From: Chromera velia
Taxonomy: Eukaryota
Reading direction: 5' to 3'
DNA length: 54,713 nucleotides
NCBI GenBank assembly: GCA_018398765.1
Contig: JAHBMJ010000191.1
Location: 1 to 54,713, forward strand
Shown here: piece after piece, positions 25,428-38,401 of the stretch
Position numbering within the stretch: position 1 is the first letter of the stretch
How the letters are laid out: the number at the start of each line of letters is the position of its first letter
The notes under the pieces: generated by a model
Databases searched by the model: none
The model's input: only the letters and a program-made list of their open reading frames with translations
Told to the model about the DNA's origin: nothing
Translations under genes and position numbers: made by a program

Positions 25428-25435
25428 NNNNNNNN

Positions 25436-25492
<57 letters not shown>

Positions 25493-27208
25493 AGGTGTAT
25501 GTGTGTCTTTCGGTGTTCGTGATGCATATGAATGTTTCACTTTATTCAGTGTGTGTTCGTTTTTCTGCCCTGCTGTCTTTATATGTGCTGTCGGTGTCTC
25601 TGCATGTGCTTATCTTTCTTGAAAGTCCTTGAAAAACGAAAAAGGGGAAAAGAAAGACGCTGTAGCGCGCTGGACAACCAACCTAGTGCACGACTAGGTG
25701 CACGATCGCCACGACGTACTAGACCTTCAATGTACGTGGGATGATTCCCGGCTGACTGAACATCGAGGAAGGGGCTCCTGCTAGGGCTCCTCTCCCTCTT
25801 TGTGATTGCCCATGCGAATGCGGACTACTTTCTTGTACAGAAGCTCTTGTTCGTCGCCGAATCGTCGGTGATGATCTCAGGCTCTGCTTTGAATCACTGC
25901 ATGACTAAGACTCAGAGTGTTTTATAGTGCCTTGTGCGCTGTTTTGTGGTTACTACAGGCTTGGACTCGGTATAGACTTTCACCTGCAGAGACAGAGATG
26001 GGGAGACAAGAAGTATAACGGTTATTAACCATGCACGGACGCACGGGAACGGCCCCAAAAAGTCTTTGAACGTGGTCTAGAAAAGAGCTAAATTACGGTA
26101 ACTTGACTCCTCTAACAGGCCAAAAAAAGCCGTCGGTAACCAGTAAAAAGTTACATAATTCTAGTATTGATTGATTGATTGATAGGTTCCGCACTATAAC
26201 CTAAGTTTTTCAAAGTTTACAAAAGTCTTTTAGTAACTCTTAAGGTCCAAGTGTAATTAATTTATATAAGCAATTACTTTTTTTTTTTTTTTCTGTATAG
26301 AGAGCCTAGGGCACTTAAAACCGGTGGGCATACCACTTAAGCTTTTGTTAACTGCAGGGTATCATGACATATAACGTTTGTTCTAGCGTTTGTTAATTTG
26401 CGATCAAAACGTGTAGAAAGTGGGAAGCCCAGATTGAGAGAGAAGTACAATCTAGAGCACAATTGGAAGCACTAACTCAGAAGAGTCAGAACAATTGGAT
26501 ATCCTCCAAAACTCATTGTCTGACAATCAGACTATCTGGCTTGGCTGGCCTCAGATAAAATAAAACAAAAAAAATATATAAAAAATCTGCGGAGACGCAT
26601 AAAGAGACTTCATGAAGACAATGCTGAGAGATAAATGCTCTGCATATATGCACATACCACAATATCATTTATATATATGTTGAATTCAATCTGCATGAAG
26701 GACTTAGAAGCTAAGAGAGTAAGGGAAAGGATGATGGATGAGAGGAGAAACGAGGAGAAACAGGGTTGGTGACAGATAGTCACTATTTGTATAAATGCTC
26801 GCGATGACGATCTAACTTATATATATAATGAGTTTTCTATAAAAGAATGAGAAATTAAAAAGTTTTTTGGCACCTAGAAAGGCTAAGGAAGCCGAAGAAG
26901 GAAAAAGATTTTTGCTCCGGCCGTCTGGTAGCTAAATCAAATTGGTGTTCCTTACCATACTATATTATATTATATTAATATTATTACTGTACTGTGTAAT
27001 ACCTCAGCCTATGACGGCCCTAGTATGTAATACAGTGACCTAGACAGTGACCTAGACAGTGACTGAGTGACAGTATATAGGCGTCAATCAGTGCAAAAGT
27101 GTTCTACTGTTAGTGACCAAAGTAATAAGCACTGACATTCCTATACATCTAAAATTGTAATAGGAGCGCAGGTAGGATCGTAGAAGAACTGAGTCACTCA
27201 CTCACCTG

Positions 27209-27964
27209 CTGACTCACTCAGCTGCCGCTTTAATTTATCTGTACGATTGAGTGAGAAAAAGGTAGAAAAAGAGAGAAAGAGGGAGGGGGGGGGGGGGGAC
27301 AAAACAAACGAGGGATGTTGTGATGTTTACAGTTCGCGGGAACTCAAAGATTAGTGCAGACGTGTCGTTGAATATTGTGGGCCTGCTTCCTCGAATGAAT
27401 GTCAACCCATTGTTCTTGAGTCGTATGGGCCGCTCTTTGGCAGTATCCAGAGCACTCTGAGACGGAGGAGAAAATCGGGGGGGTGTTTGACTCCAGTGGG
27501 ATACTTGAATGATAAATATGGAGGTGGAGGGAAAAATTGAATGCGAAGGAGTGGATTTGTATGATTGGATCAGGCGAAAGGAGAAAAGCGAAAGGCGCTA
27601 AAGGTGTCTAGACGCAAGAGTGCTAAAAGCTCTTCTCTAAGCATTCACTCCCTTGCTTGTTGACTCAATGACCAACTGAGTCTTTTTTGGAGTTCTTGCG
27701 TCAAACAGGTAAAGGAGATCATGCCGGAAGGGAAAGAACGAAAATGGAAGCAAAGGAGGGAAGGCAGTTCCGAGTGATTGACCTGCAAACCCTCCCTTTC
27801 TTCCTGAACAGCTCTCGACAAAGAATAAATAAGAGCCACCCACTTACCCTACTCCCCCACCCCTCAAGCCCTCCCCTTCGCTTCCCATAAAAGTTATTCC
27901 TCGCCCACCCCCCACAAAGACTCGTGCGTGGATGGTTTCATTACCTTCACATCATCATGTCACT
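27209..27964. repeat. Dispersed repeat copy B
   Basis: Direct repeat of 19556-20295. Confidence 0.92.
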
Positions 27965-28166
27965 CTGCCTCTCTCTTGCAAGAGACGATCCCTCCCTCCC
28001 TCCCTGCTCATGCATGCAAATCCCTCCCTGCTAAAGTTTAATTAATTAATTGTCTACACACGCCCGCCGGCATTTCCTCGGCACCGACTCTCATATTCAC
28101 ACATCCGACTCGCATACACGCATGCGTGCATCCATCCACACAGACACATCCATGCAAATGACATGA

Positions 28167-31100
28167 CTAGTCCACTTGTCGATTTCTAGGACCTTTTCTT
28201 AAGCTTTCGGCCCTTTTGAGAATTTGGGACGCTGTCGGGGCACACGTCAACGTGCTGTGGCGCTTTGCCGACTTGGAGGTTGGGGAAGGAAGGGAAAGCA
28301 GATTGGCGGCAGACATGAGAGAGGAACGCCGAGACCTCAGACTACCTGTCGTCCTCGCCCCGTCCGATCCTCCCTGCCGTTGGTTCTGCAGTCACTCACA
28401 CTCACACAGGCGGATAGAGAGATAAACACACAGACAAGAAGATAGAAAGATAAACACACAGACATACAAACAGGCAGACAGAGAGATACACACAGACACA
28501 CAAACAGGCAGAAAGAAAGATAAACACACAGACACACAAACAGGCAGACAGAGAGGTAAACACACAGACACACAAACAGGCAGAAAGAAAGATAAACACA
28601 CAGACACACAAACAGGCAGAAAGAAAGATAAACATGCAGACACACAAACAGGCAGAAAGAAGATAAACACACAGACACACAAACAGGCAGAAAAGAAGAT
28701 AAACACACAGACACACAAACAGGCAGAAAGAAAGATAAACACACAGACACACAAACAGGTAAACAGGCAGAAAGTCACACACACAGGCACACGAGCAGGC
28801 AGAAGGATAGATGTACAGATGAAGAGGAAGGCGTAAAGAAATTCGGACAAATGAACAGACAGATAGAAAAACTGACAGTCAGAGAGAGTGAAACGGAAGT
28901 GATGCACGCGGAGTACGTCTATCACACACTGCGTATGTATCTACATGCCTCATGAGACGACGCAAAAGGAAACACAGTCATCTCGGATGGATGGCAGGAA
29001 CGACTCTCACACGGTACCCCCCCTCCCCGGCCTTACAGATGAATTACGATGTCCGAACCCACGGTGATGCTTCTGGTTGTCTAATGTCTACGTGCAACAT
29101 CCAGATGCCCTCAGTTGCTGTACTAGCAGAATCACTACAGCACTGACCGTTCCATCCTCATCCTCTGCTCCCATCTGGTGTTTTAGATGGTACTGCTGCC
29201 AGAACACCGGCAGCACCGGCACCTTCTGCGTCCCTGCCTTCATCTGCGCCTCCGCTGCTGCCTCGTTCTCTGCCCAGAAATCTCTGTTGCCCTTCATGTA
29301 GGTCGTGCAGACCTTCATGGCTGGGAGGACCTCTTCCATGGCCGTCAGGAGGGGAACGACGATGACGTCAATGAACCCCACCTGCCCCCTCGCTATGTTC
29401 GTGCTGGCTCTGTCCATCAGCATGGAGATCGGAAGGCCGTTCTCCCTCTCCCTGTCCCCCTGAGAGAAAAACTCCGTCATGACGAGCTCGGTCCATTTGC
29501 GGTATGCAGGAAGCGGCCTGCAGGTATTTGATTTGATTTGTGTGTCCAATGAGGGAGAAAAAAAAAAAAAGAAGAAAAAAAAAGAGGTATTTGATTTGTG
29601 TGTCCAATGAGGGAGCGAGGAGCACGTCAAAGCCACAGAACAGGGACAGGGGGACCATGTTTGTGCAGATGACGCAAACGGTCTTCTTTGCTGTCACATT
29701 GATGTGCGTGTGTGGTGGTGGGGGCTGAGAAGAGGAAACAATGAAAAAGCATAGACAATCATGTCTCTCGTATCCTCTGTATGCGTTTGAACGGAAAATG
29801 CGCAGAAAAAGTCAGTGAAGAGAGAACAAACAGCATTGTATCATAGTCTTTTAGCCACTCTCACATAGAGAAAAGACAGAGTGACAGACTGACCTACCGA
29901 GCAGGGTTGCTGATGTCACACGCATGGACTGCGACCGAGAAGAGGAGCATTTTGTCCTCGTTGGTCATTTTCGGGTTCTCTATCCAGGACTTGGAGGCCG
30001 CGCTTTTGGCCTTGAAAGCCCCTAACTTGGAGAAGTGGAGGGTCATGTCTGTGGACAGGACGATGGTGATGAGAATCTCCCGAATCACCGCGATGGTCTC
30101 TGTGGGCAGGTGGGACAGGAAGGAGGCGTCCTCCCTCACCAAGAGGGACCACACAGCGGAAATGTGGTGGTTCTCCAGAACGGAGCGGTCGTTGTAACGA
30201 ATCGCCAACGGGTCTCCCGTCTGCGTCATGTGCACAGAGTAGAAGTGCACAAAAATGCATCGGTCGGTGAACGCACATACACATACATGCACATATGCAC
30301 ACCGACACAAAGGGAAACGGGGAGGGAGACAGAGTTCGGGACTCGGAGCGCCCACACCAGAATCGAATACACACAAAACTTTCTGTCCATTGAGCTGGCT
30401 GGTCGTCACAGGAGAAAAGCGCGTCGGATTTCTGGAAACAACCTTTGTCTTTCAGAGACCGGAGCTGCTCTGATGCTGAACAAGTTTTCTAACCCCTCCC
30501 TCTACAGCAAATGAGAAAGGTTGCACACAAAGGGCGCCCGGTGCCCTTTTCTTTTTCTTCCCCTTTTTGTCGCTTCTTGCGGTGATGAAGCGATCCAACC
30601 TCTGTTTTTTTCCCTTCATGTTAGAAAATCTAAACGTTCACATGCATCTGTCAGAGAAAGCGTCCCCCTGACCTTCATGAGAAAAGCGTTGTTGACTCCT
30701 GGATGGTCGTAGTCGTGGGCAGCAGCCGCCAGCACGACGGAAAAGAAATCAACCACCGAGAAATCCGCCATATTCTCCGACAGGCCCCCCTCTGCAAAGA
30801 AAGCGGGGGAACACAACACGAAAGATAATATCAAAAATGCTGTTCTCGAAACACTTGTATGGTTGTATTTACTTTCTCTCACTGATCTGGAGCTATGCTC
30901 TTGGTTTGCATTTCCAAACTCAAGACAAAAAATGATGCTGAAAACTCGCCATTCTCGAGCTGCACTTCAGACATACCACAGAAAAGGAAGACCGCTAGAG
31001 ACATAAGAAAGAAAAGTTTCGATAGACAGCAAACGAGGCACATAGACAAATCTGACAGACAGGCGGACAGACGCACACACTATGTGTTTCTTCTTCTCTC

Positions 31101-33711
31101 TTCTTTTCTTCATGTACATAACAGTCCGAGAGGCAGACAGACAGGCAGACAGTCAGACAGACGAAGGCGTGAAAGGAAGAAAAATTGGACTCCTCACGTA
31201 CCTGTGCACACAAAGTAGGCTGCCTGGGTGACGTCGGCAGCATGCAGAGCCTTGTGGTACGCGTTCTCTGCGCAGTACCCCCTCTCGAGTCTCCTCACGA
31301 ATCTGTGCCACTTGTCTGAGGGGATCTGGAGGTCATCCAGCAGAGAGTGACGCAGCGTGATGTGGTTCAACAGGGCCGCCAGAGAGTGCTCGGCAGACGT
31401 TTCCTGCGATTATTACAACCACCCACAAGAACACAAATTGACTGTCTATATTCCTGCGATTGTTACAACCACAAGAACACAAATTGACTGTCTATATTCC
31501 TGCGATTATTACAACCACAAGAACACAAATTTGACTGTCGATGTTCTTTATTCTGACCACGTATGATGATGTAGCTACGGCTAACCGCTCCGCAATCTGG
31601 TGGGCCGTTTTCGTTCACAACAAGGAGGAAGAACAGCAAAACGGTTTCTCTCTTCTGCCCATGCACGCACCTCCAAACGGAATACATCGAATTCCCATGT
31701 CTCCGCCTTCTCGAGGAGGGTCACCAGCTCCGCCTCCACAGAATCCGAGAGTTCGATGTTCAACACTCGCCCCAAAGATCCCTCGCCCTGCATGCATCGT
31801 TTGGACAGAACAGAAATTTTCAGAGCAGAAAAAATCTGCTCTGCATCGTATGGACAAAAATCTCAAATCAAGAAAAGAGGTCGACAGGAAGAAAAACATC
31901 CCTTCCAAAAAAGCCAGGACGTTACTGAGAGGAGGAGGGCGCAGGCAGAACCACAGAGCAGGAACGCACAAAAGCAACGCAACATCGACATCATCATGCA
32001 TGCATACAGGCATTGAATACTGCTGCATAGAACGTCAGGACCTTGACAGAGACAACAAGAAACAAGGACGGAAGCAGGCTAAAGAAAGAGCGTAGGGAGA
32101 GGCAGCGAGGGTCGGAGGGAAGCAAAAATGTAGAGAAGGCCTGAAGCGGCGGGGGGCATCACACGCACACTCACGCAGCCAATTCTTTTTTTGTTTACCG
32201 ACCTCCGAATCGGTTTTGTGAAGTCCCGCCAGAGCCTCTGCCGGAATGTTTTCGCTGGCCCTCGCCAACATTTCCGCAGGGCTCTCTTCCACTGCCATCT
32301 CTGGACTTGATTCGCTTCCCTTTGAAACAACCCTCTCGGGCCCACTTCCAGTACCACTGGACCTAGTGTCGTCCCCTATTTTGAAACTAGTGTAGGTGGG
32401 GACCTGGTCTATTGTGGAGAGATGCCGCCTGTGTTTGGTAGTCAGGTCTTTTCTCTGAAAGTACACCGACGCCTTCTCCCGATCTGGAATGTACAGCTTC
32501 CCCCTCTTTCCTGTTTTGAACCACCAAGTGGCTTCCTGTTTGAAGCTGTGGGCTCCAGGGGACACCCCACAGTCAAAGACTTCCCCTGGTTCTAAAAGGT
32601 CTCCAGAACTGAGGAGGGCAATCACTTCGGCAATCTCTGCACTGTCCATGTCATTCTGCGCTCTTTTGAGAAGGAAGAGACACCTGTGGAGAGGTGACAT
32701 CAACCCGACAGAAACTGTGTCGCCAAGTCTTCGGAAGACCAAGCCCGAAAGTTTCCACTTACGAAGAAGTAGAACAACTCTGAATGCATCTGCTGGGCCT
32801 ATGAGCATCTTCTGCTTGCTAGGAAAGTGTAGCAACGCCCCCGTGAGACACAGAGACAGTCCAATGAGGCCCAGGTCAAAAAGATCCCATCTCTCGAGGA
32901 CCTTGGGAGCAGCGGATCGGACTGATTTGTACAGAGATTCTACCAGAAAGAGGACCAGAAGAAGACCCTCGAGACTCAAAAGAGTCTTGTCAACCCGCCT
33001 CCCCGAGGTCCGGTGGGAGTGGGAGAGACAGAGAACCATCACCAGGCAGAAGTAGGCGCACACGACTGTTGCAGCAAAAAGGTCGAGTAATGCCGTCTTG
33101 TAGGCCAGCCTCTTCCCTGATTTGGAATCTGGATGCGCAAAGAGAGACAAATCGGACAATTGTTTTCAAGCATGCAGGACCAAAGGGGTACTAAAGCATT
33201 TCAACCGTGCATGCATGCACGGATTGGAAGGTTCGCTTCTGCACACATACGCACACTGGTTGACTCTCAAGAAAGTACAAGATGGAGCCACCCAGACAGT
33301 CAGTCATGCACCACGTCATCAGCGATTGAGTGAGGTCTTAAAGACCCGCAAAACCACAGACAAGTCAACGTAGCGCGGTCAGTCAGTCTGCGGTGTATGC
33401 CCCTTGCACTATACGCATCCTGTGAGCTCGTCCGTGAGCAATGATTCAGGCAACCAATTGATGAAACACAATGCCATCCGCCAAATGAGGAGCACATATA
33501 CGCATGAGACCCTTGCAGGTCTGTGTAGACACGTAGGCATGCACCTGTACGTTCATGAGGCCTCCCTAGCTCCCGTCTATGTATACATACAGACATGTAT
33601 GGATGCACAGCAACAAGACTCACCTCTCCTCTTAGACTTCTCCATGTCCTCCTCTCCAGACATTGACATGGATCGGGAGCCTTCAGGAGGATCCACCGTT
33701 ACAGGGCTCAT
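28167..33711 (-). CDS. Class I 3',5'-cyclic nucleotide phosphodiesterase with an N-terminal 4-TM voltage-sensor-like domain
   Basis: Phase-compatible exons 33711-33624, 33128-32203, 31787-31671, 31403-31202, 30791-30673, 30220-29898, 29517-29148, then less certain 29087-29037 and 28385-28167. PDEase_I motifs WEFDVF, YHKALHAADVTQ, HDYDHPGVNN, LENHH, TDM, HACDISNPAR, EFFSQGDRE and QVGFID. Confidence 0.92.
28420..28775. repeat. 36-bp minisatellite (about 9 copies) in the last PDE intron
   Basis: Unit GATAAACACACAGACACACAAACAGGCAGAAAGAAA. Confidence 0.92.
31401..31540. repeat. Three tandem 46-50-bp repeats overlapping a PDE splice acceptor
   Basis: Unit TTCCTGCGATTATTACAACCACAAGAACACAAATTGACTGTCTATA. 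Confidence 0.9.
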
Positions 33712-34362
33712 TCTTTCCGAGTTTGTTCGAATCTTCTTGCCATGCAAGGTTTCAACCACAAGTCAGGTCAGTCCCAGGGGACATGACGAGAACATCGCCT
33801 CAAATCGCGTGCGTGCGGGGCGCGAAGAGGAAATTTCTGCACAGACAGTTTCTTTGCGGTCTTTCTTCTACTGCACAAAAAGCAAGATGGGAAGAAGAAG
33901 GATCCGTTTTCGGTAGCTTAACTCCATTTTTGTGACTCACCTGCATTGCATGTGAAAGTGATTTCAGATATATATATATATATCGACTGCGGAATTTCAA
34001 GGAGGCGCGCGGTTTAAGTTGCGCGCGCAAATTGTTGCATGCAGCTGTATAGGGGTCAAAGTTTTTTGTCAATTATCTATTCGCGCGGCTATATAGACCA
34101 AACTATTCATGCATATAACTAGCCTGGGGCATCCTGGGGCTAAATTCCGTAAGGCGTCTCCATGCATGGCGTCTCCATGGCAGGAATAATTTTGGGGCTC
34201 AATTCCGTAAGGAGCCTGGAAGGAAAAGAGAGGGAATCCTTTGTCCTGGTGAGAGTACAGCTATATCCAGAGGTTCCCAGTGATTTCTTGACTTCACAAG
34301 ACCTTGCGCGCGAAGCAAGGTGCGTGCTTGTTTTCGTTCCGACTCTTTCGAAAGTTCTCAAA

Positions 34363-35539
34363 ATGTCGGACGAAATCAGGCGCCTTTTCCTTGATGCCTC
34401 CTTCGCTGCTCCTGGAAACAAAAGCCATGCGGAGAACGCTCTTTGCCCGATCTGCAAGGACTACATAGAAGATGCAAAAGAGGTGAACTGCAAAGCAAGG
34501 CACGTCTTCTGTGGTCCTTGCATCACAAAAGAGTACGAGAGACGCCAGACTGAAGGTCTCGCCCAGAAGTGCCCAACCTGCCGGGGACCCTTTTCCACGT
34601 TGGAAACGTCCCCGCCCCAGCTGCGGAATTTCATTGAAGAGGTCGAGTGGAAGTGCCTGAATCACGAGGATGGTTGTGGGTTTACAGGGACGAAGAAGAA
34701 ATTGGAGAAGCACCTTGATGAGGAATGTCCTGAGCAGGAGACGAAGTGTCCCTTCCAAGGTTGCACACAGAAAATGAAGAGAGGGCCCCTTGCCGCTCAC
34801 AAAGTGGACTGCAAGTTTCGCCTCATCCCCTGTGAGTTGTGTGAGCAGCCAGTGCGCTTTGGCACCAAGACCGCCCACTCGAAAGCCTGCAAAAAGGTTC
34901 GCGTCTCCTGCCCCAACAGGTGCGGGCAAAAGTGTCTAAGGGGGGAAATCGCTGAACACAAGAAGACCGACTGTAAAGAGCAGCTTGTGAACTGTCCTGT
35001 TGCTGGTTGTGGGGACAGAGTGAAGAGGAAGAAGCTGGACGAGCACGATGACGCCAGCGTGAAGAAGCACTTCAAGCTCCTCCAGCGCGAAGTAGAGATC
35101 ATGAAGTCTCCTGGTCGGTTTTCTCCTCCCCAACGCTCCTCTGCTGATCCAGTATTGGTGTGCATCTGTGCATGCAGATGCTGTCCCTTCTTTCCTGTCC
35201 CCCTTGCCTCCTCACTTCTTCTGCAGACACAGTGGAGGGAACCGTGAGACTTCCGAACTTCAAGGCGAAGGCTCCGCGGCTCGGGAAGAACGATCGGCTC
35301 CAGTGTGCAACCTTCTCTCTGAAGGTCCGACCGACTTTTGTCTCACATACAAAAGCTGTTTTCATTTATGTCCTCCCTCATCGTCTTTGACCCCGCATCT
35401 CTGTCTGTCTCTGTCGAGCATCTTTTATTCCCTCTTCCCTCTCAGTTCCGTTTTCTCTTTCTTCTTCCTTCCCTCCTTCCCCGTTCTTTTCCCTCCCTCC
35501 CTCCCTCCCTCCCTCCTTTCTGTTTTTCTTTTTTTCTTC

Positions 35540-35590
<51 letters not shown>

Positions 35591-36735
35591 TTCTTTCTTT
35601 CTTTCTTTCTTTCTTTCTTTTCTTTCTTTTCTTTCTTTTCTTTCTTTTCTTTCTTTTCTTTTCTTTCTTTTCTTTCTTTTCTTTCTTTTCCTTCTTTTCC
35701 TTCTTTTCCTTCTTTTCCTTCTTTTCTTCTTTCTTTTCTTTCTTTTCTTCTTTCTTTTCTTTCTTTTCTCTCTTTTCTTTCTTTTCTTCTTTCTTTTCTT
35801 TCTTTTTTTTCTTTTTGTTCGTTCGTTCGTTTCTTCCTTCCTTCCTTCTTTCCTTCCTTCCTTCTCTCCTTCCTTTCTTCCTTCCTTCCTTCCTTCCTTC
35901 CTTCCTTCCTTCTTTCCTTGCTTCTTTCCTTCTTTCCTTCCTTCTCTCCTTCCTTCCTTCCTTCCTCTCTTTCTTTTGTGAGTAGGTGTTTCCAGACTTT
36001 TTTCGCTCTTTCTTTTGCTTCCTTTTTTTTATTGGTCTTTTTTTTTCGTTTTTGCCTTTGTGCATATGCTACCCTTTTTTTTTGTCTGTTGGCCCGTCGA
36101 TCCCCTCTCCTTGGAGATTTTGATTCTTGTTTTTCTCTGCTGTTCAAAAACCCTTTTTCTGCACCTCTCTCTCGTCTGCTCCTGGACCTCTCTTCTTCTC
36201 CAGCCTTCTCATCTGCCCGTTGTTTTCTTTCCGGAATACTAGCTTGGGAGCGCGCTCGTATCCAGCGCTCTGCAATCATTGCTTAGTGTATGCGTTCTGT
36301 CTCCAATGACTGATGCATGCATGGGGTCTACCATCGAAGAATTGATGTGTGTTGCATCTCTGCCTAATTTCTGTATGCATGATGCAGGGGCACCGTTTCT
36401 GCTTGGAAGTGTACCCGGGAGGTTACGGCACAAGTGAATCGGGAAAGGCCGGGTTGTTTGTGAGGAATTTGGATGACTTCAAGGGGGTGGTCATATACAG
36501 TGTACGTGTGTTAAACGGAAACGGTATTCCTGAGATGCAGCTCATGAAGGATTTCTCGGGCGTTCGTGACTGGGGATTTTCAAGCTTCTGTCCTGCATCG
36601 AAACTTCTTGATGCTGCGGCAGCGACCGAGGGAGGGGCGTTGGAGTTCCATGTGTCTCTCACCGCAGAGAAGACGCACAAGGAGACTTTCGCGCTTTCTG
36701 GCTACCGTCAGGTTCCTCCTGCTTGGAATGGGTGA
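34363..36735 (+). CDS. TRAF-like protein: RING + TRAF zinc fingers + MATH domain (putative E3 ligase)
   Basis: Exons 34363-35113, 35227-35324 and 36388-36735. CPIC...C..HVFC..C...CPTCR RING, repeated H...C..C zinc fingers, and GHRFCLEVYPGG...DWGFSSF MATH. Confidence 0.9.
35455..35980. repeat. Pyrimidine-rich (CTTT/CCTT)n microsatellite in the TRAF intron
   Basis: Read directly. It explains the spurious Lys/Glu and Phe/Ser ORFs. Confidence 0.95.
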
Positions 36736-38401
36736 GAGATCAAATCGGAGTATTCTTCTGATTGACTCCTAGACCGTCAAGTGAAAGACAGACAGAGTCC
36801 CAGAGATTTTCATGACAGACATCGATCGTTGATGCACGTGAGTGGTGCTGCTGCCGAGAAAAGGTGCGAAGCTTGCTTTTCTTGTCTGTGTTTTGTTCAG
36901 GATGCTCGCATCCATCTTGTACCGCTACCATGGAAGCCCCGATGAGCGTGCTTCAAAGCAATTGTGTAGGTGTTTGAGCGGACCGGACGACCAGAAATTT
37001 GAAGAACTGAGAGGGGAGGGGGGGAGAAGGATGAGAAAAGCAAGAGGGGTTCAATTTTTCTGTGAGGCTCTTGCAGGGGAGACAACTGCCGCTCCTTGCC
37101 AGGAAAAGGCAGAAGGGATACCCAGCTTGCTCCGTTTGATACGGACAGAGTTACGGCTTCCCACACCTCCTGCAGAGTTCCGTTTGTTCATTAGCGTTGC
37201 ATGATTGATCGTTGTTTATGCGGACAGTGTGACAAAAGCAGAGAGGAAGTGGGACATTTGGACAGTATGAAATGCATGGTTGCGTGCGTCAGTTGGACAG
37301 AGAACAATGCATCTCAGAGAGTGTCAAGTCCAGGCAGCCTGTCGGGACCTAATTTTGGTCAGGGGATTTAAGGGATTTATTGGTGCCCGCATGCAAGCAC
37401 TAGCGCCGTTTCATCTCTAGTCGCCTTAAGCAAACAGCAGAGAAAGTATGAAATCTCTGTGTTCTGCGTGACCAGTCCTAGGACCAGTCTTATGCACGGC
37501 ACAATTGTGGGAAAGTTGGGACGGTGCTGGAGCCTCTGCAGGGGAGAGGTGGTGGCTCCGATCGATGCGGTCTTTGGGGGGGGGGTATTTTCGATATGTT
37601 CTTGCGTGTTCATGTTGAGGTGCTGCCACATGCAGTCAGCTGGCATGTGTCACAATCTGTGTATATGTTTTTTTTGGCGCATGTTTAATCTAATGACTTT
37701 GAGGCATGGATTCAAGAGCTGCATGGTGACTCAGCTTCTAGCTCAGCTTACCTGTGATTGCCGGTGAAAGAGACTGTGTGACATTACGGAGTTTGGTATA
37801 CAGAGTCAGAGTTAAACCTTCCGAGTAGCCTCTTTAACTCGTAATAGAAGTACTATATCCTAGACTATATCATATAGATATAATTTTAAATTAGGACTTA
37901 AAATTTTATTTTAATTGCCGCTTTTATACTGATCACCAAAATTATTAGCTAAATTATTAGAGTAGTAGTTATAGCTAGAGTTATAATAGATGTATACAAG
38001 GTATATTAAACGGATTCGATATAATTCGATAATTTTGATTCAAACGTATAGCGTCAAAGCTTTGTTATAGCTAGTAGAGTTGTTAAATATCATATAGGTA
38101 CATATCAGTGTCGACACTTGAGCTTAGAATCATGATGACACTAACTGTCAATAACATTTATATTTTAGTACAGTGTCGACACTTACTTTTTTTCATTTAT
38201 TATCACTTTATGTTTAATTGAACTTTTGAGGCAATAATGAGATAAAAAGTTTGCCAAGTGAAATTAACCTCCTACCACTTCATCTATGGGTCGGCTGTGT
38301 GACGTGAATGCTTGTAGCCGCGCCACCACTAAGCGTTAACACTTGGCCCCACAAGGCAGATCACACGTTCTCTCAACACCACCGACCAGCCCACGCCAAC
38401 G

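Noticed and set aside
24207..25435. Real tandem duplication
   Set aside because: Identical copies joined by N at a microsatellite are typical of an unmerged contig overlap.
28420..28775. CRISPR-like array of 36-bp units
   Set aside because: Head-to-tail units with no unique spacers; it is an intronic minisatellite.
32725..33096. Complete voltage-gated ion channel gene
   Set aside because: No pore helix or selectivity filter follows S4; the frame continues into the PDE.
35168..36286. Long Phe/Ser and Lys/Glu ORFs (also 7228-7911 and 54429-54710)
   Set aside because: They are translations of simple-sequence repeats.
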